Positions 13,255 through 26,400 of a DNA stretch of 64,000 bases are shown here, in pieces. Below the pieces are notes generated by a model. The model worked only from the letters and a program-made list of their open reading frames with translations, did not search any database and was not told the origin of the DNA. This DNA is from Paraspadella gotoi. Its lineage: Eukaryota; Animalia; Chaetognatha. Position 1 is the stretch's first letter; each line of letters begins with the position of its first letter. The DNA lies in the NCBI GenBank assembly GCA_051294375.1, contig CM119271.1, positions 9,631,253 through 9,695,252 of the forward strand. The letters run 5' to 3'. A program made the translations under genes and the position numbers.

Positions 13255-15008
13255 CGTCCCACATTATCAAAAAAACCAATTACTCGTGATTGGATGGATG
13301 GATTGGAATGAAATTTTGTGTGTGGGTAGGGAAGTGTGTGATTGAGCTGGATATGAAGTTTCGATGGAATCGTCCAAGTGAAATGAGTTTAAATGGAAAA
13401 AACAAAAAAATATAATTCACTATTTGAACACCAATTGCTCAATGAGTGGATGGGGCGATTAACCTGGAATCTTGTATGTGAGTAGGAAAGTGTGTGATTG
13501 AACAGGAAACCAATTCGATGGAATCGTTTGAGTGGAAATTAGTTTAAATGGAAAAAAACAAAAAACCTGTTTTACCTTTTTTCATTTTATATTAATGTAT
13601 ATGCAGGATGTATTAATAAATCAAATAAATAATCAGTTAATTAATCAATTAGTCAATTAATTAATCACTAATTAATTAATCAGTCAATCAATCTGTCCAT
13701 CCGTCCCACCTTAAAAAAAGCCCAATAACTCGTGATTGGCTGGTTGGATCGGATTGATAGATTATGTGTATGGTAGAGTGTGTGATGAAGCTGGATATAA
13801 AGTTCAACGGAATCGTGTGAGTGGATATGAGTTTAAATGGAAAAAACATAAATCGCATTTAATAAAATCTTTTTACTTATTTTAACCAATAAATACTCTA
13901 ATTAATCAATAATCATAATTGGATGGATAGATTGAGTTCAAATTTTGTGTGGGTAGGAAAATGTGTGATGAAGCTTGATATAAAGTTTTGGTACGAGTGG
14001 AAATGAGTTTAAATGAAAAAAATATGAGTCACATTTACTTGACTCTTTTTACTTATTTTAACCCATAATAGATTGAGATGAAATTTTGTGAGCGGGAAGA
14101 AAGTTTGTGAAGAAGCTAGATATAAAGTTTTGACGGAATTGTGCCAGTGAAAATGAGTTTAAATGAAAAATATAAGTCACATTTACTTTATTTTAAGGAC
14201 ATCGATGATGATGATAAGCTGTATATAAATTTATAAATAATTTTTAAATATTAAAATTAATTAATTAATTAATCGATTAATTAATTAATTAATTAATTTT
14301 CGTAGGCAGATACGACATTGTTTGCTCAAACTTGTTTTTTTAAATTTTAATCTCATCTTTTCCTGGCAAAAGTTTTGAACAATCTCGCTCGATTACAAGT
14401 GTGAAAATATTTTCTCGATGGAGGTCATCAAAGTGTATGCTCAAAATCTTCATAACGTCCGATGCGATAATACAATATTCCCAGTTAACTTGAAATGTTC
14501 AAACTGGACTGTTGTCTCCAGTGTGGAAATTACGATCTATGACAGCAAACTTGTGGGAATGAAACAATGGAACGATCATTCGGACGATCTCGAAAGTCCT
14601 ACCGATCTGGGCCAATCTCGATTGAATGATCGCGAAAGGATATCTAAAAAGAAAAAAAAGAAAAAGAACGAAAGAAAAGAAAACTCGAAAGAGAACATCT
14701 GCGAGGAAATGACGCCCGATGCCGTTCTGGGCCCACGGATTTCTCTCTCAACGATTATAAACGGCGATAAAGAGACACAAACTAAAAGAAGAAAAAAACT
14801 TCGTTAATTGGTAGCTGTCTAATGTTAATACATAACTTTTTATCAGCGCTGTAATTTTTTTTTACGGAAAAATTTTAACTGTTCTTACAATTATAGCGCT
14901 GATGAAGTTATGTACTAACTTTAGTCACTGTTACCAACTGTAATTGTGTTACAACTTGTTAAATGAAATTTTACCCTGTTATTGGAAAGGACAGTGACGG
15001 GAATGGCG

Positions 15009-15075
<67 letters not shown>

Positions 15076-18000
15076 TTTCGTTTTAAATTACTGAGTTTTG
15101 AATCTGCTATAATTTTTTAAGTTTCATTATTTATCTTATAACCATTTTAACTCAAATGAAGTTGTATATTCTTGATTGACTAATGTCTATTGCCTGTACT
15201 CCTAGTAAATAGTTATCAGTGTTTCTGGTGAAAAAAAATTTATTTGATGTTTATTAGCTCACAGAAAAAAAGTAGACAAAAAAATGTTGACAATGTCGTA
15301 AAATTAGATGTTTTGTCTTTGTAATCAAGTTATATTTTTTACTTAATTAGATTTGTAGAGAAAACAAATTTTATTTTTGTGACAAAACAAAGATTTTTAA
15401 TTAATTAATTAATTAATATCAACAATTCTAAATCGCAACGAAATAGAAAGGATTAACATCATGACTTAATTACATATGACATAAAATGTTTAATAGACCT
15501 CCCAAAATATCATACATTTATGAAGTATTCCTGATACCTGCAAAGTTTCTTTTGTCAAATTTAGTGGAGAAAACGAAAATCACAATAAAAAAAATTTCTG
15601 GATGCTCATTATGGATTTTCCACGCTAGTTTTTGCGTCAAACCACTTCCGTTTTTAAAAATTCAGGATTTTTGGAAAAAAATAGCTGTTATTCAGCCAGC
15701 ATACTTAAATTAATCAAAATAAAGTTACCAATAACCTTAATATTATATTTTTGTTTTGGTTTATAAATTAGGTTTATAAAAATATAATTACAAAAGGCTT
15801 CAAGTTAAAAATTCATAATTTTTTTAAGCCAAATTGGCCCTAATCTAACTACTCCACTAATTTTAATAAAATTTTACTATCTGGTTAAACAAATAGAACT
15901 GTAAAGGGATTTTTAATCTTTAATCTTTAAACCAAGATATTGACCTTTAAAAAGTTTACCAGATGAGTGCAAAAATAAGTAGCGATAAGATGGAAGGCGA
16001 CTTGGCCTTTGCAGCTAGCAAGCTCTCTTCTCAAACCCTAACCCTAAACCGGGCCCTTAACAAACCTTTAATCTTAATCAGTTTCCCTAGCTTGGGATAT
16101 CTAACCTAACCCTAGCCCTAACCTTAATGTGAACTTCTTGTCTTACCCCAAGTCTGAATCTTAACCCGAGCAACCTTTCCCCTAACCTTAACCCAAGCTA
16201 GTGACTTCCTGCTGAACCTTAACCCAAAACCAGTCCCTGATCCCAACTCTTACCAGTTTTCCTGGCTGGTAACATCTGCAGAGAGCCACTTCCTTAGCCC
16301 TAACCCTAACCTAGGCCTCTGTTTTATATCATGCCAGAACCCTAACCCTGCATCACTTAAAAGACTATCCACCAAACCTCACCTCAGCCTGAGGTTCACC
16401 TCTGAGCCTCAACTGAGGCTTCCCTGCCTCCTGGCCATCAATAAGGCTAAACTTTAATCTTTAATTTCCTTCCCCAGTAGCTTCCCTAACCTTAACCCAA
16501 GCTTCTTATCCTTTTCTGAGTCGGTCCAAATTGCACTTAATCATAGCAACCTGGCCGAATAATAATTTGCTGTTAGCTTGTACTAGCTTGTACCTGGGAC
16601 ATTAAGATCAGGGTTGAGGCTTGCAAATGAATAAAAGGCCTGGGCTAAGGTTTAGGTTGGGGAGAGGTTAGTTAAGGTTGAGTGGGAGGCTTGCTAGCCA
16701 CAAAGGCCAAAGCGCCTTTTATCTAATTAGCTACTTTCTTTTTTGCATCATTTGGCAAACCTTTAAAGGCCAATATCTTGGCTTAAGGATATTTAATATT
16801 TAAAATCCCTTAGAGAGTTTTATTTGTATAACCAAATCATACTTTCTTATAAAATCTTATTAGAATTTGGTCAGGGACGATTTGGCTTAAAAAAACTAAT
16901 AATTTCTAATTTTAAGTCTTTTGTAATAATAATTTTTAACCTTATTTATAAACCACAACAATAAATTGAGTATTAAGGTTATTAATAATTTTATTTTGAT
17001 TAATTTAAGTATGCTGGCTGAATAACAGCTCATTTTTTTTCAAAAAAAATTTGAATTTTTAAAACCGGAAGTGGTACGACGCAAAAACTGGCGTGGAAAT
17101 CCATCAAGAGCATTCGGGGAAATTTTTTATGTGATATTCGTTTTCTCCACTAAATTTGGCACAAGAAACTTTGCAGGTATCAGGAACTTTCAAAAATGCA
17201 TGGTATTTCTGGGAGCTCTAATGTTTAACCAATTTACTGTTGATTGATTTAATACACCGTTCGGAGTTAAAATTTTTAAAACTATGTAGTAAGGCGGAAC
17301 AAGGTAAAAACTAAGAGTTCTGTTATATAAATAACGTTAAAGAATCCCTGTGGGATAACGAAATTTAAAAAAAATTAAGATTTTATGTATAGTTAATAAC
17401 ATAGAAGCATTTAAAGTTTATCGTATTACTTTAAATCATGAAAATTTTATATTTCAAATTCAGAATTTTTAAAAACGGATTCGGGTAGAGCTTGCAAAAA
17501 CAAATAAAAAATATTATTACTAGAATTCCAAATTTTCATGTTTTATTGGTTAAAATTAGGAAAAAATATAAAAATTATAGTATGATAATAATGATGATTT
17601 TTCTCTTATTTGACCCACTTATCATCGAAATATTGAAAAACACATTATACTTTGTGTAGACAACTTTTTATGGGCTTTCTGAATCCGTTCTTTAAAAAAA
17701 AATTATTAAAAAACATTTTTTTTCATTGCCTATGCATTTATAAATATTTAAATACTTCAATGTTATACTGTGCTTCACTAGTTATAAAAGTGATAGTAAA
17801 CATTGATTAAGTATATGATAGACAAATGAATTTTATATGACAGAACTTCTAATGATAAAAAGGGATCAAATTTAACCCGCCTTACTATGTACTATGTACT
17901 ATGTATGTAGTGTACACGGTGCAAAGCGTAGAAAAGTGTGCAAACTGTAGCGGAAATAAAAAAAGTCGAGACAGAGGCTAAATTTTTTTCAAAAACGACC

Positions 18001-20218
18001 GTCAGAAAATTAATTTATTGATTATTGAGATAGTTATCAAAAACGCCTGATTTCCAAGTAGAGTGAAAAGCCTTGTACTGATGAGGTTTAAGTGAGATCG
18101 GAAATGAAACGAGTATTTTTTTTTCAAATGTTGTAACTATCATTAAAAATATATTAATTTTTTCTCTCTTAGCACATTTTTTCTCTCATCCTCAGGATTG
18201 ATTAAAAAGGAGGATGAGAAATTATAATAAAAATTATAAAGAAAAAATGAGACTTTTTGTCGTTGTTCGCATCGATATATGAAAAAAACTCTTCATACAT
18301 TTCCTTAATGTTTTCGACTTTTAACGAACCGAAAGAGTAATTTGAGCGATAAAATCTGCTTGTAAACAAAAGTCTACTCATTGGAATGAGAGCGTGATAT
18401 TGTGGCGAAAGAGTTTGTTCAACTTTGACGCCTGTTAAATTTGAAATTAAATTAAATTAAATTAAATTAATTAAATTAAATTAAATTAATTAAATTAATA
18501 AAATTAATTAAATTAATTAAATTAATTAAATTAATTAAATTAATTAAATTAAATTATATTTGATTTGAACGGTCCATATCGTGGAAATAACAGTTTATAA
18601 TAATTTGTGTTGCTATTTTTTTTCTCGGGTGTTATATAGTTTCGGAGCAACAAAATACCAAATATATTTACGTCAGTATGCACTTTAAAATGTTTTTCAC
18701 CCGCTTATAGCTTATAGTATAAGAAAGAGAAAATGTATAAATAAATGATGGTAATAGACTGATGCGAAACAAGAACGGATGAATTTCTTTGAAAAAAGTT
18801 GACCAAAAAACTTCATAGTTCACTGATTTCGCGTGATCGCAATGGAAACCAACTATTAGTCCCAAAACTCGATGATCCAAAGATACCTTCTTTTCAAGTC
18901 TCTTTTCCTTTTTTTATATTTTTTAACAAATATATAATATTTCAAAATAATAAAAACAATTTAATTCCCTTTTATCTTTGAGGTGATGGAACGACAAATC
19001 ATGGATCAGAAGAGACGCCTGACGACTCGACAGGCCAAATACATTCTCGGTGAGTAGGAAGAGCAAAAAGATCAGGCGGCGCGGGTGATTCCCCCCCCTC
19101 CTGCCCTAATTAACAGGAACCGGTTGAGTAAGTTCAAGTCGTTACGCAGCGCTGGTTTGTTACGTAAATACTTTTCCAGATGGTTGCATGACTGCGCGAG
19201 TGTGAAGCATATGCTCATGAAGTATCTCATGTTACGTAACTTTTCCAGCAAGTATTTAACAAAATGATGTCTGTATTAACTGATTAACTTAGCTTTTAAA
19301 ACGTAAGTGGAACAGGCCAACAGACAGAACGACTGACTCTCATCAGACTCGTTGTCGTTGTTGTTATCCTTCAGAGGTGGAAGGCGCCAACGTCTCCAAG
19401 GAAGTTCTCCACGACTTCGTCGACATCCTCTACTTTGAAGACGTCGACTTCTCAGAGTCCAACGTCCTCGGCTTGGTTCAGTGCTGCAAGCAGTTCGGGA
19501 TGCAGGTGGGCAGAGATTGTGCTTGGTGCAGTGTATCAAGCAGTTTAGAATGCAGATGAGGGGACAGCGTGCTTGGTGCAGCGTTTCAAGCAGTTCGGGA
19601 TGCAGGTGAGAGTACCGCGTGCTTGGTGCTGCGTTGGAAAGCAGTTTGCAATTTCTTTGATTAGAGAGTGTGCTTGGCTCTGTTTTTCAACTTGTCTGGA
19701 ATTCGAGATGCTTGTAGCCATTCGTTAATAATTCATGTTTTTAGTTGCGCCGCGAGTACTCGGTCGGTCTATCAGTCGGTACGTCTGTCCGTCGGTCCGT
19801 TCCGCTCACGTTAAAAATGCTCATAACTTGCGTATAGTTGGTTGCTCGATGCTCATTTGTTAAGAAGGGAAAAATCCTCACATCTAAGTGACTACTAGCG
19901 CCGCCTTCAGGAAATCCTAAAATCCTAAATCCTTAAAACTATTTAAAACAAAAGAATTTTATCTATGAATTTGTGTGATCTTCGCCAATTTCCCAACCCG
20001 ATAATTTCATTCCTTCCAAATCCAAGGGTCAAATGCTCGAACGATGCGGCGATTGTTTGGTCAAGACGCTTCACCTCTACAACGTCGTCCAATACTTGGA
20101 GCTCAGTCTCGCCTACGGACTCTCCATGCTCAAGAAGGAGTGCCTCGGGATCATCCAGTGTTCCAAGACGCTCTTTCAGGCTCGTCGCTGTTGTTGTTGG
20201 TGTGGTCATCCTGCATTG

Positions 20219-20301
<83 letters not shown>

Positions 20302-21676
20302 GACTAAGGTCATTGTTGCATATTTCTGTATATTTTAAAAATATAAAAAAACATAAGATCTAGGTTCATCCTTATTTAATCGGAAATCTAATCTATCCTT
20401 ATTTTGACTCCCCCAACTTTTCCTTTTTAATGACCAAAAAAAAAAAACAGAATCCGTTTTTGTACAAAAACATTTCGATCGACATCTTGAGTTTGATCTT
20501 TACTCTGGATCCACTTCCCGTCAGCGAGGAAGAGCTCGTCGACTTCGCTTGGGAAGAACGAACGAAAGAAAAAAAAAACAAATGAACGACGCAATGATTA
20601 AATAAAACATAAAGATTAAAGATACTTGGCGTGTATATTGAATGAATGAATTATTATTCAATAATTGAGTAATTTAAATGTTGGTTGTACGAATTTCATA
20701 AGTTTTCTCCCTTGTATTTTTATACGAGCGTGGAGTAAAATAAATTATTCCCCGATCTAATACTGAAGGGAGTGATTCTTTTATACAATTAAATAAATTA
20801 TACTTCTTTATGCGAGGGACTTATAAACTAGACTTTTGATTGAAAGCTCCCAGTGTCCTGCTTTGTCATTAACGTGTAAGAGGGATGAAGCCTTCAGCTC
20901 AGCAGGGCCTGTCCAAAGTCAGCCGGCCAGCTGACTTAATTATTAATTGAATGGATAATTTTGATGACGATTGCACCAATTTCATAACAAACGGATTAAA
21001 TATAATTTAATTCATTGAATCGTATTTTAGATTAAAATCAGAAGATTAAATAAATTTTTTTCGTTCGTACCTTTCCATCGCCTACATACGGTCACTATTT
21101 GGCATCTCCTCCCCGCCACCTGCTCGCCACCTCCTCCCCGCCACCTGCTCGCCACCTCCTCCCCGCCACCTGCTCGACTCTCGCCATCTCCCTCTTCGCG
21201 CCTTCAGCGCCTGGAAGTCGATGGCTTCGCCGGCGTCTTCGGTGACGCCGGCCAAGTTCGATCAGCTGCTGGAGTTGGTGAGGTTCCCGACGCTGACCAC
21301 CAAGTATTTGACGGGTAAGTTGATGGAGGTGAGGGAATTGAGAGTCGGGTGAGAGTGGAAGTGTGACAGAAGTGGGTTTGGAATGAGTGAGGAATCGGTT
21401 AGTATCTGGTGAGGAAATGGGTTAAGAAACGTTTTGGAATGAGTTAGGGATAGATGAGGAAAGGAGTAAGGAATGGGTTAGAAATGGGTTAGGAGTTTTC
21501 TAAGATTTGATATTGGATAAGGAAAATTGGTTAGAGAATTGGTGAGTAAATAGAAATGAATGGTTGCTGGAAGGTTCTCCCTCTCCCTCTGTTTCTCTTT
21601 TCTCTTTCTTCTCTTTTTTTTTTCTCTCTTCACTCTCTTCTCTTCTCTAGAATGTCTCTCTCTCTCTTTCTCTCTC

Positions 21677-21710
<34 letters not shown>

Positions 21711-23393
21711 CTCTCCCCCCCTCCCGCCCTACAGGCCCCCTCTTCACCTCCGCCTTCTCTCCGTCGAGGATCAACACCTCGTCATGTGCGACGCCCTCAA
21801 CTTGCAGAGTCAACAGACGAGGAAGAGTCGATTCTCTTCCGTGCCGAGGTTTTTGTCGTTGTCGTCGTTTTGTTGTTGTTGTTGTTGCGGTTTTCGTGTC
21901 TTCATTTTCGTCGTCGTCGTCGTTATTGTTGGCGTTGTTTTTTTTGTTGTTGTTGTTGTTGTTGTCATCGTTATTGACGTTGTTGTTTTCGTTATTGTTG
22001 TCCAGCGTCGTTTGTTTGTTTGTTTGTTGTAATGGCATTTTGATTTCGACGTTGTTATTGTTGTCGTCGTCGTCCGTTATGTTGTTTTTAGTCTTGTGTC
22101 GTTAAATTTAGTTGTTTGTTGTCATACATCTTTTTTTTTTTGACATTGGCGTAGTTTATGTTGTTATTGGTTATGTTGTTGTTGTTACTGTTGTTTGCGT
22201 TATGAATGTTCTTGATGTTATCGATTAAGTCATTGTTCTTGTTGTGGAAATTATTCTTAAGAACAAATGTTTACCTCACGTATTCTTTAATTTTTGTTGT
22301 TGTTGTTGTTGTCGTTGTTGTTGTTGGTTGTCAGAGAGACGACGCAGCTGATTGGTTCGAATCGAAAGAAGGAAAAACCGTCGAGTTCGATCCTGAAGAC
22401 TCGTTTCAGGTAGAGAGATTGACTGATTGATTGATTGATTGGATTGATTGATTGATTGATTCATTGATTGATTTTATCGATTGATCTATTAGATAATTGA
22501 ATGATTTTTTTTTTTATTGATGGAAGAATATACTGATCATTGATTGATTGCTTGAAAAATTGTTTAACCGAGTGATTTATTGATTGATTTATAACCAAAT
22601 GAATCGTCTTTTTCCTGTTAAACCCTTTTCCCCCTCACTTTCCCGCTCCCACATCCGCATCCCATCCTCCCACCACCACCCACCCCTCAAGGACGCCCTC
22701 CAACGGTTCTCCCGCGTCTCGGGATTTCCCGTCGTCGGCGTCGACGTCGTCAGAATCGACGACAAACATTTCGATCAAGAGAAACTGGAGGATCCCGGCT
22801 CCGTCCTGGGGTTTGGGGAGGGGGGGGTGTGTTGGAGGAGGGGAGAGGGAGGTGGAAAGGAGAGGGTGGGGGGAAAGCGCGGAGTTGCGGGAAGTGGGGT
22901 AGGAAAGAGGAGTAGACTTGACGCGGGATGTGGGTTGTCTGTTGACAGTTGCATGCTATGCTACTTTTCAATTTATTTTTTATTTCAATTTTTTTAAAAA
23001 TTAAACTTTATTTATCTTATTAATTAATTAAATTAATTAATTAATTAAATTAATAATTAATTTATTTATTATTCATTCATTCATTCATTCATTCATTCAT
23101 TCATTCATTCATTCATTCATTTCATTTATTTATTTATTATTATTTATTTATTTATTTATTTATTTATTATTTATTTATTATTTATTTATTATTTTTTTTA
23201 TTAATTATTTATTTATTATTTTTTATTTATTATTTATTTATTTATTTATTTCTATTTATTTATTTTTTTATTTATTTTTATTTATTTATTTATATATTTT
23301 AAATGATCCTGAAAATGAAATTGACCGGCTTCTTGTAATATTTGACATTTTCATACGAGTTGATTTTTTTTCCTGTCGTTTTCCTGTCTATCA

Positions 23394-23447
<54 letters not shown>

Positions 23448-26400
23448 CTCTTCACAGGAGCCTCGGGATTTTCCGTGAATCTCGTCTCACTTATCGACCT
23501 CGTCACTTTTTGAGTCTCGAACAAGAGTCGGGGACTCACATCCCGCTGCAGGGTGAGTTCGCGAGAGGGAAGTCAGTTCAAGCTGTTAGGCTATTAGGCT
23601 ATAAGACTATTACATTAATAAAGTTTTTGATAAATGTAAAATGAAGAATATTACCGTGACATATATTATCACTCGTTTGGAGTGGCACTTATGATATTAC
23701 TTTTATTAGCTCCTCAATGGTTGATGGAGCTCTTGAAACCCCACGGACTTTGGTTCTTATCCTTCGGAAAGATCATGACTTAATCTTAATCTGTCACTTA
23801 AATGATTTAATCTCGCTCAACTTTCGAGCCCGCGGGCCGGGGCCCCCTAATTGTGGGCATGGCGCGCACGTTATGAAATTGGGACAACCAATGTAAAATT
23901 ATCCATTTCTTTAATAAATAAGTTATCTTGCCCAGGACTTGGGTCATGCTTTATCATTTCACTATCCCCCCGTTCCGACCACCCACCACCCCTTTTCTCT
24001 CCCCCCCAAAACCCCCTCAACCACTCCGTCGCCCGCCCTCCACGCAAAGTCTCGGCGAGCGAGACCCTCCAACAGCTCAAGGAGCGCCTCTCCACTCGCT
24101 TCAACAACGAAACCTACAACAACGAGGCCACGACGACGATGCTTCATCGAGGAACTACACTGACGACGGAATCGACGAAGCTCTCGAGGGAAGACGCCGT
24201 CAGGGACGTGGATTTGGTGAAGACGGAGAATTGGCCGGAGGATTGGCGTCACAGGATGGTGTCCATCAAGTTCAAGGTTGTGGGGGAGGGGTCGGGTGGC
24301 CATGTTATCCAAAAGTGGCTCGTATTCGGATTTATGGTAGTTTTTTTGTTTTGTTTTAGAAATTAGGTCGGGTAATAATTAAATAGATTGAGATTAAATT
24401 AAATTAGGATTAAGTATTAGTGAAGAAAATAGTACGCCTCGCCAGCCTATAATTTTCCCTCTCTCTCTCTTTTTCGCACTTGAACTATCTGTGTCGCGTT
24501 CAGTCAATTTTTACCAGTTTTTTTTTTATAGTATGATTTTTATATTAAGAGAGAGATGAAAGGAATCTTTAGTCCTAATCTTTAACTCATGACAAAACGT
24601 CTTTCGTGCTTCGAAATCCTGTTTTATGAGTTTCCGATGGATATTTTTTGATAATAAAGTTTCTAAACACTACAAAATTCTTATTCTTCAAGAATCCCAT
24701 GTTAAACAGTTCGAGCGGGAGACGTTTGGAAGATAGTAGCCATTAGCGTGAGAGTAAACAATCTCACAATTAAAGTTGTGGAATTGGTTTTATATTTTGT
24801 TAGCAATTAGGGTTAAGAATTCGTCTTAAAGTATTAGGTTACGTGTAAGAGATAATTATTTAATATGATAATATAAAATTAAATTTCTCAATCTTATTTA
24901 CATATTGCAGTATTAAATCTAAATTGGTCTATTATTATTTTGGATTTTAATATTATATAATTATTTAGGTTAAGGGTTAAGAATAGAGATTAGGATGGAG
25001 TTAACTGGAAACATGAGACGTTGATATTGATGTCCGTCACGTGGCAAGTTAGGGTTGAAAATTAGGTTATCTAGTTAGTAAAGGATTATTATTAAATGAT
25101 AGGTATAAAATCAACTTCAGGAACAGAACTGGGGGGTTTTTGGAAAATAGCGCCGATAAATGGATGATTTTTTCAAATAATAAACAAATGATGTTTGGGA
25201 AATACGCATAGTTTATCAATACATTCTATTCCTGAACTAAATATCATAATTTCTAATCATTTAGTAAGAAATAATGTTATTTTCAAATTATCCTTTCCAT
25301 GATGTTAAATCTTCTGCCCCAAGATTGCAGCCCGTTCTCTCTTTGGCTCCAAGAAAGACGCGACAAAGATGAGCAAACCCAAGATCGTCGACAATCTGCA
25401 ATGGATCGCGGAGACGTATTGCAAAGACGGGGAACATGTCGAGGTTGGAGGAATGTCGTTTGAGAGTTGATGCTGACTTTGTTTGACATGACTTGACATT
25501 TGACAACTATAAGATAAACGATACGTTTTGTGTATCGCTTGACTATTGATGTAATAGAAGAGAAATGATAATATACCTAGAATAAATAAAATAGACTAGA
25601 TTAGCCTGGAATGGAATGGAATGGAATGGAATAGAATAAAATAGAATAGAATAGAATAGAATAGAATATTATCTTTTGGCAATAAAAAATGTTTTCCTTT
25701 TTTTAAATTAACCGGTTGTTAATATTTCTTGAATACGGCTACAGACAGATTGAAGCGATCACTATCACTATCACAATGACTATCACTGGTTCCATATTCT
25801 TATTCCACAGCTTTTCCTCTATTGCGGCGGCGAAGCTCACGGAATGAATTTCCTTGGAAACAACAACAGAGAATCCGATTGGAAAGCTTTGGTTCACGTG
25901 GCTCAGTTCAAGATCAAAAATTGGCTTACTGGTGAAATTATGGGGACCAATCAAAAAAGGATCAAACGAACGATCAAACAATCAATTCAATCCATTAATA
26001 AGTTAATCATTCAATCAATAAAGTACTCGCTTAATCAAACAATACTATAAATAAAATAAGAATCTTTTTTGTGCGCCCTTATATTTCATTTTCGGCGACC
26101 TCAGATCATTTTCGTCGCCTTCAGTTCGCTATTTTGACTCCGGGTCTTCGGGCTCTATGGGTTCCTCGTCTCATCATTTACTGTCTCACGAGACAGAGTG
26201 AATCTCATCTTTCCGTCATCTTTTCCATCTTTACCTCATCTCGCGCCCTTTTTAGTTGCGCCGCGAGTACTCGCGGAGCAGCTCTATAAGTCACTTTTCG
26301 GTCGGTCCGTCGGTATGTCTAACCGTCGGTCTGTCACACTTAAGTTAAAAATGCATATATATCTAAGGGACTGCTAGCGCCGCCTTCAGGAAATCCTAAA

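Noticed and set aside
13280-14190. CRISPR-like repeat array (also 19471-19680 and 26812-26925)
   Set aside because: Units are degenerate tandem repeats without unique spacers; eukaryotic context and no cas genes
16030-16690. Telomere or chromosome-fusion scar
   Set aside because: Repeats are degenerate and enclosed by inverted arms with a TSD, so they are part of a transposon
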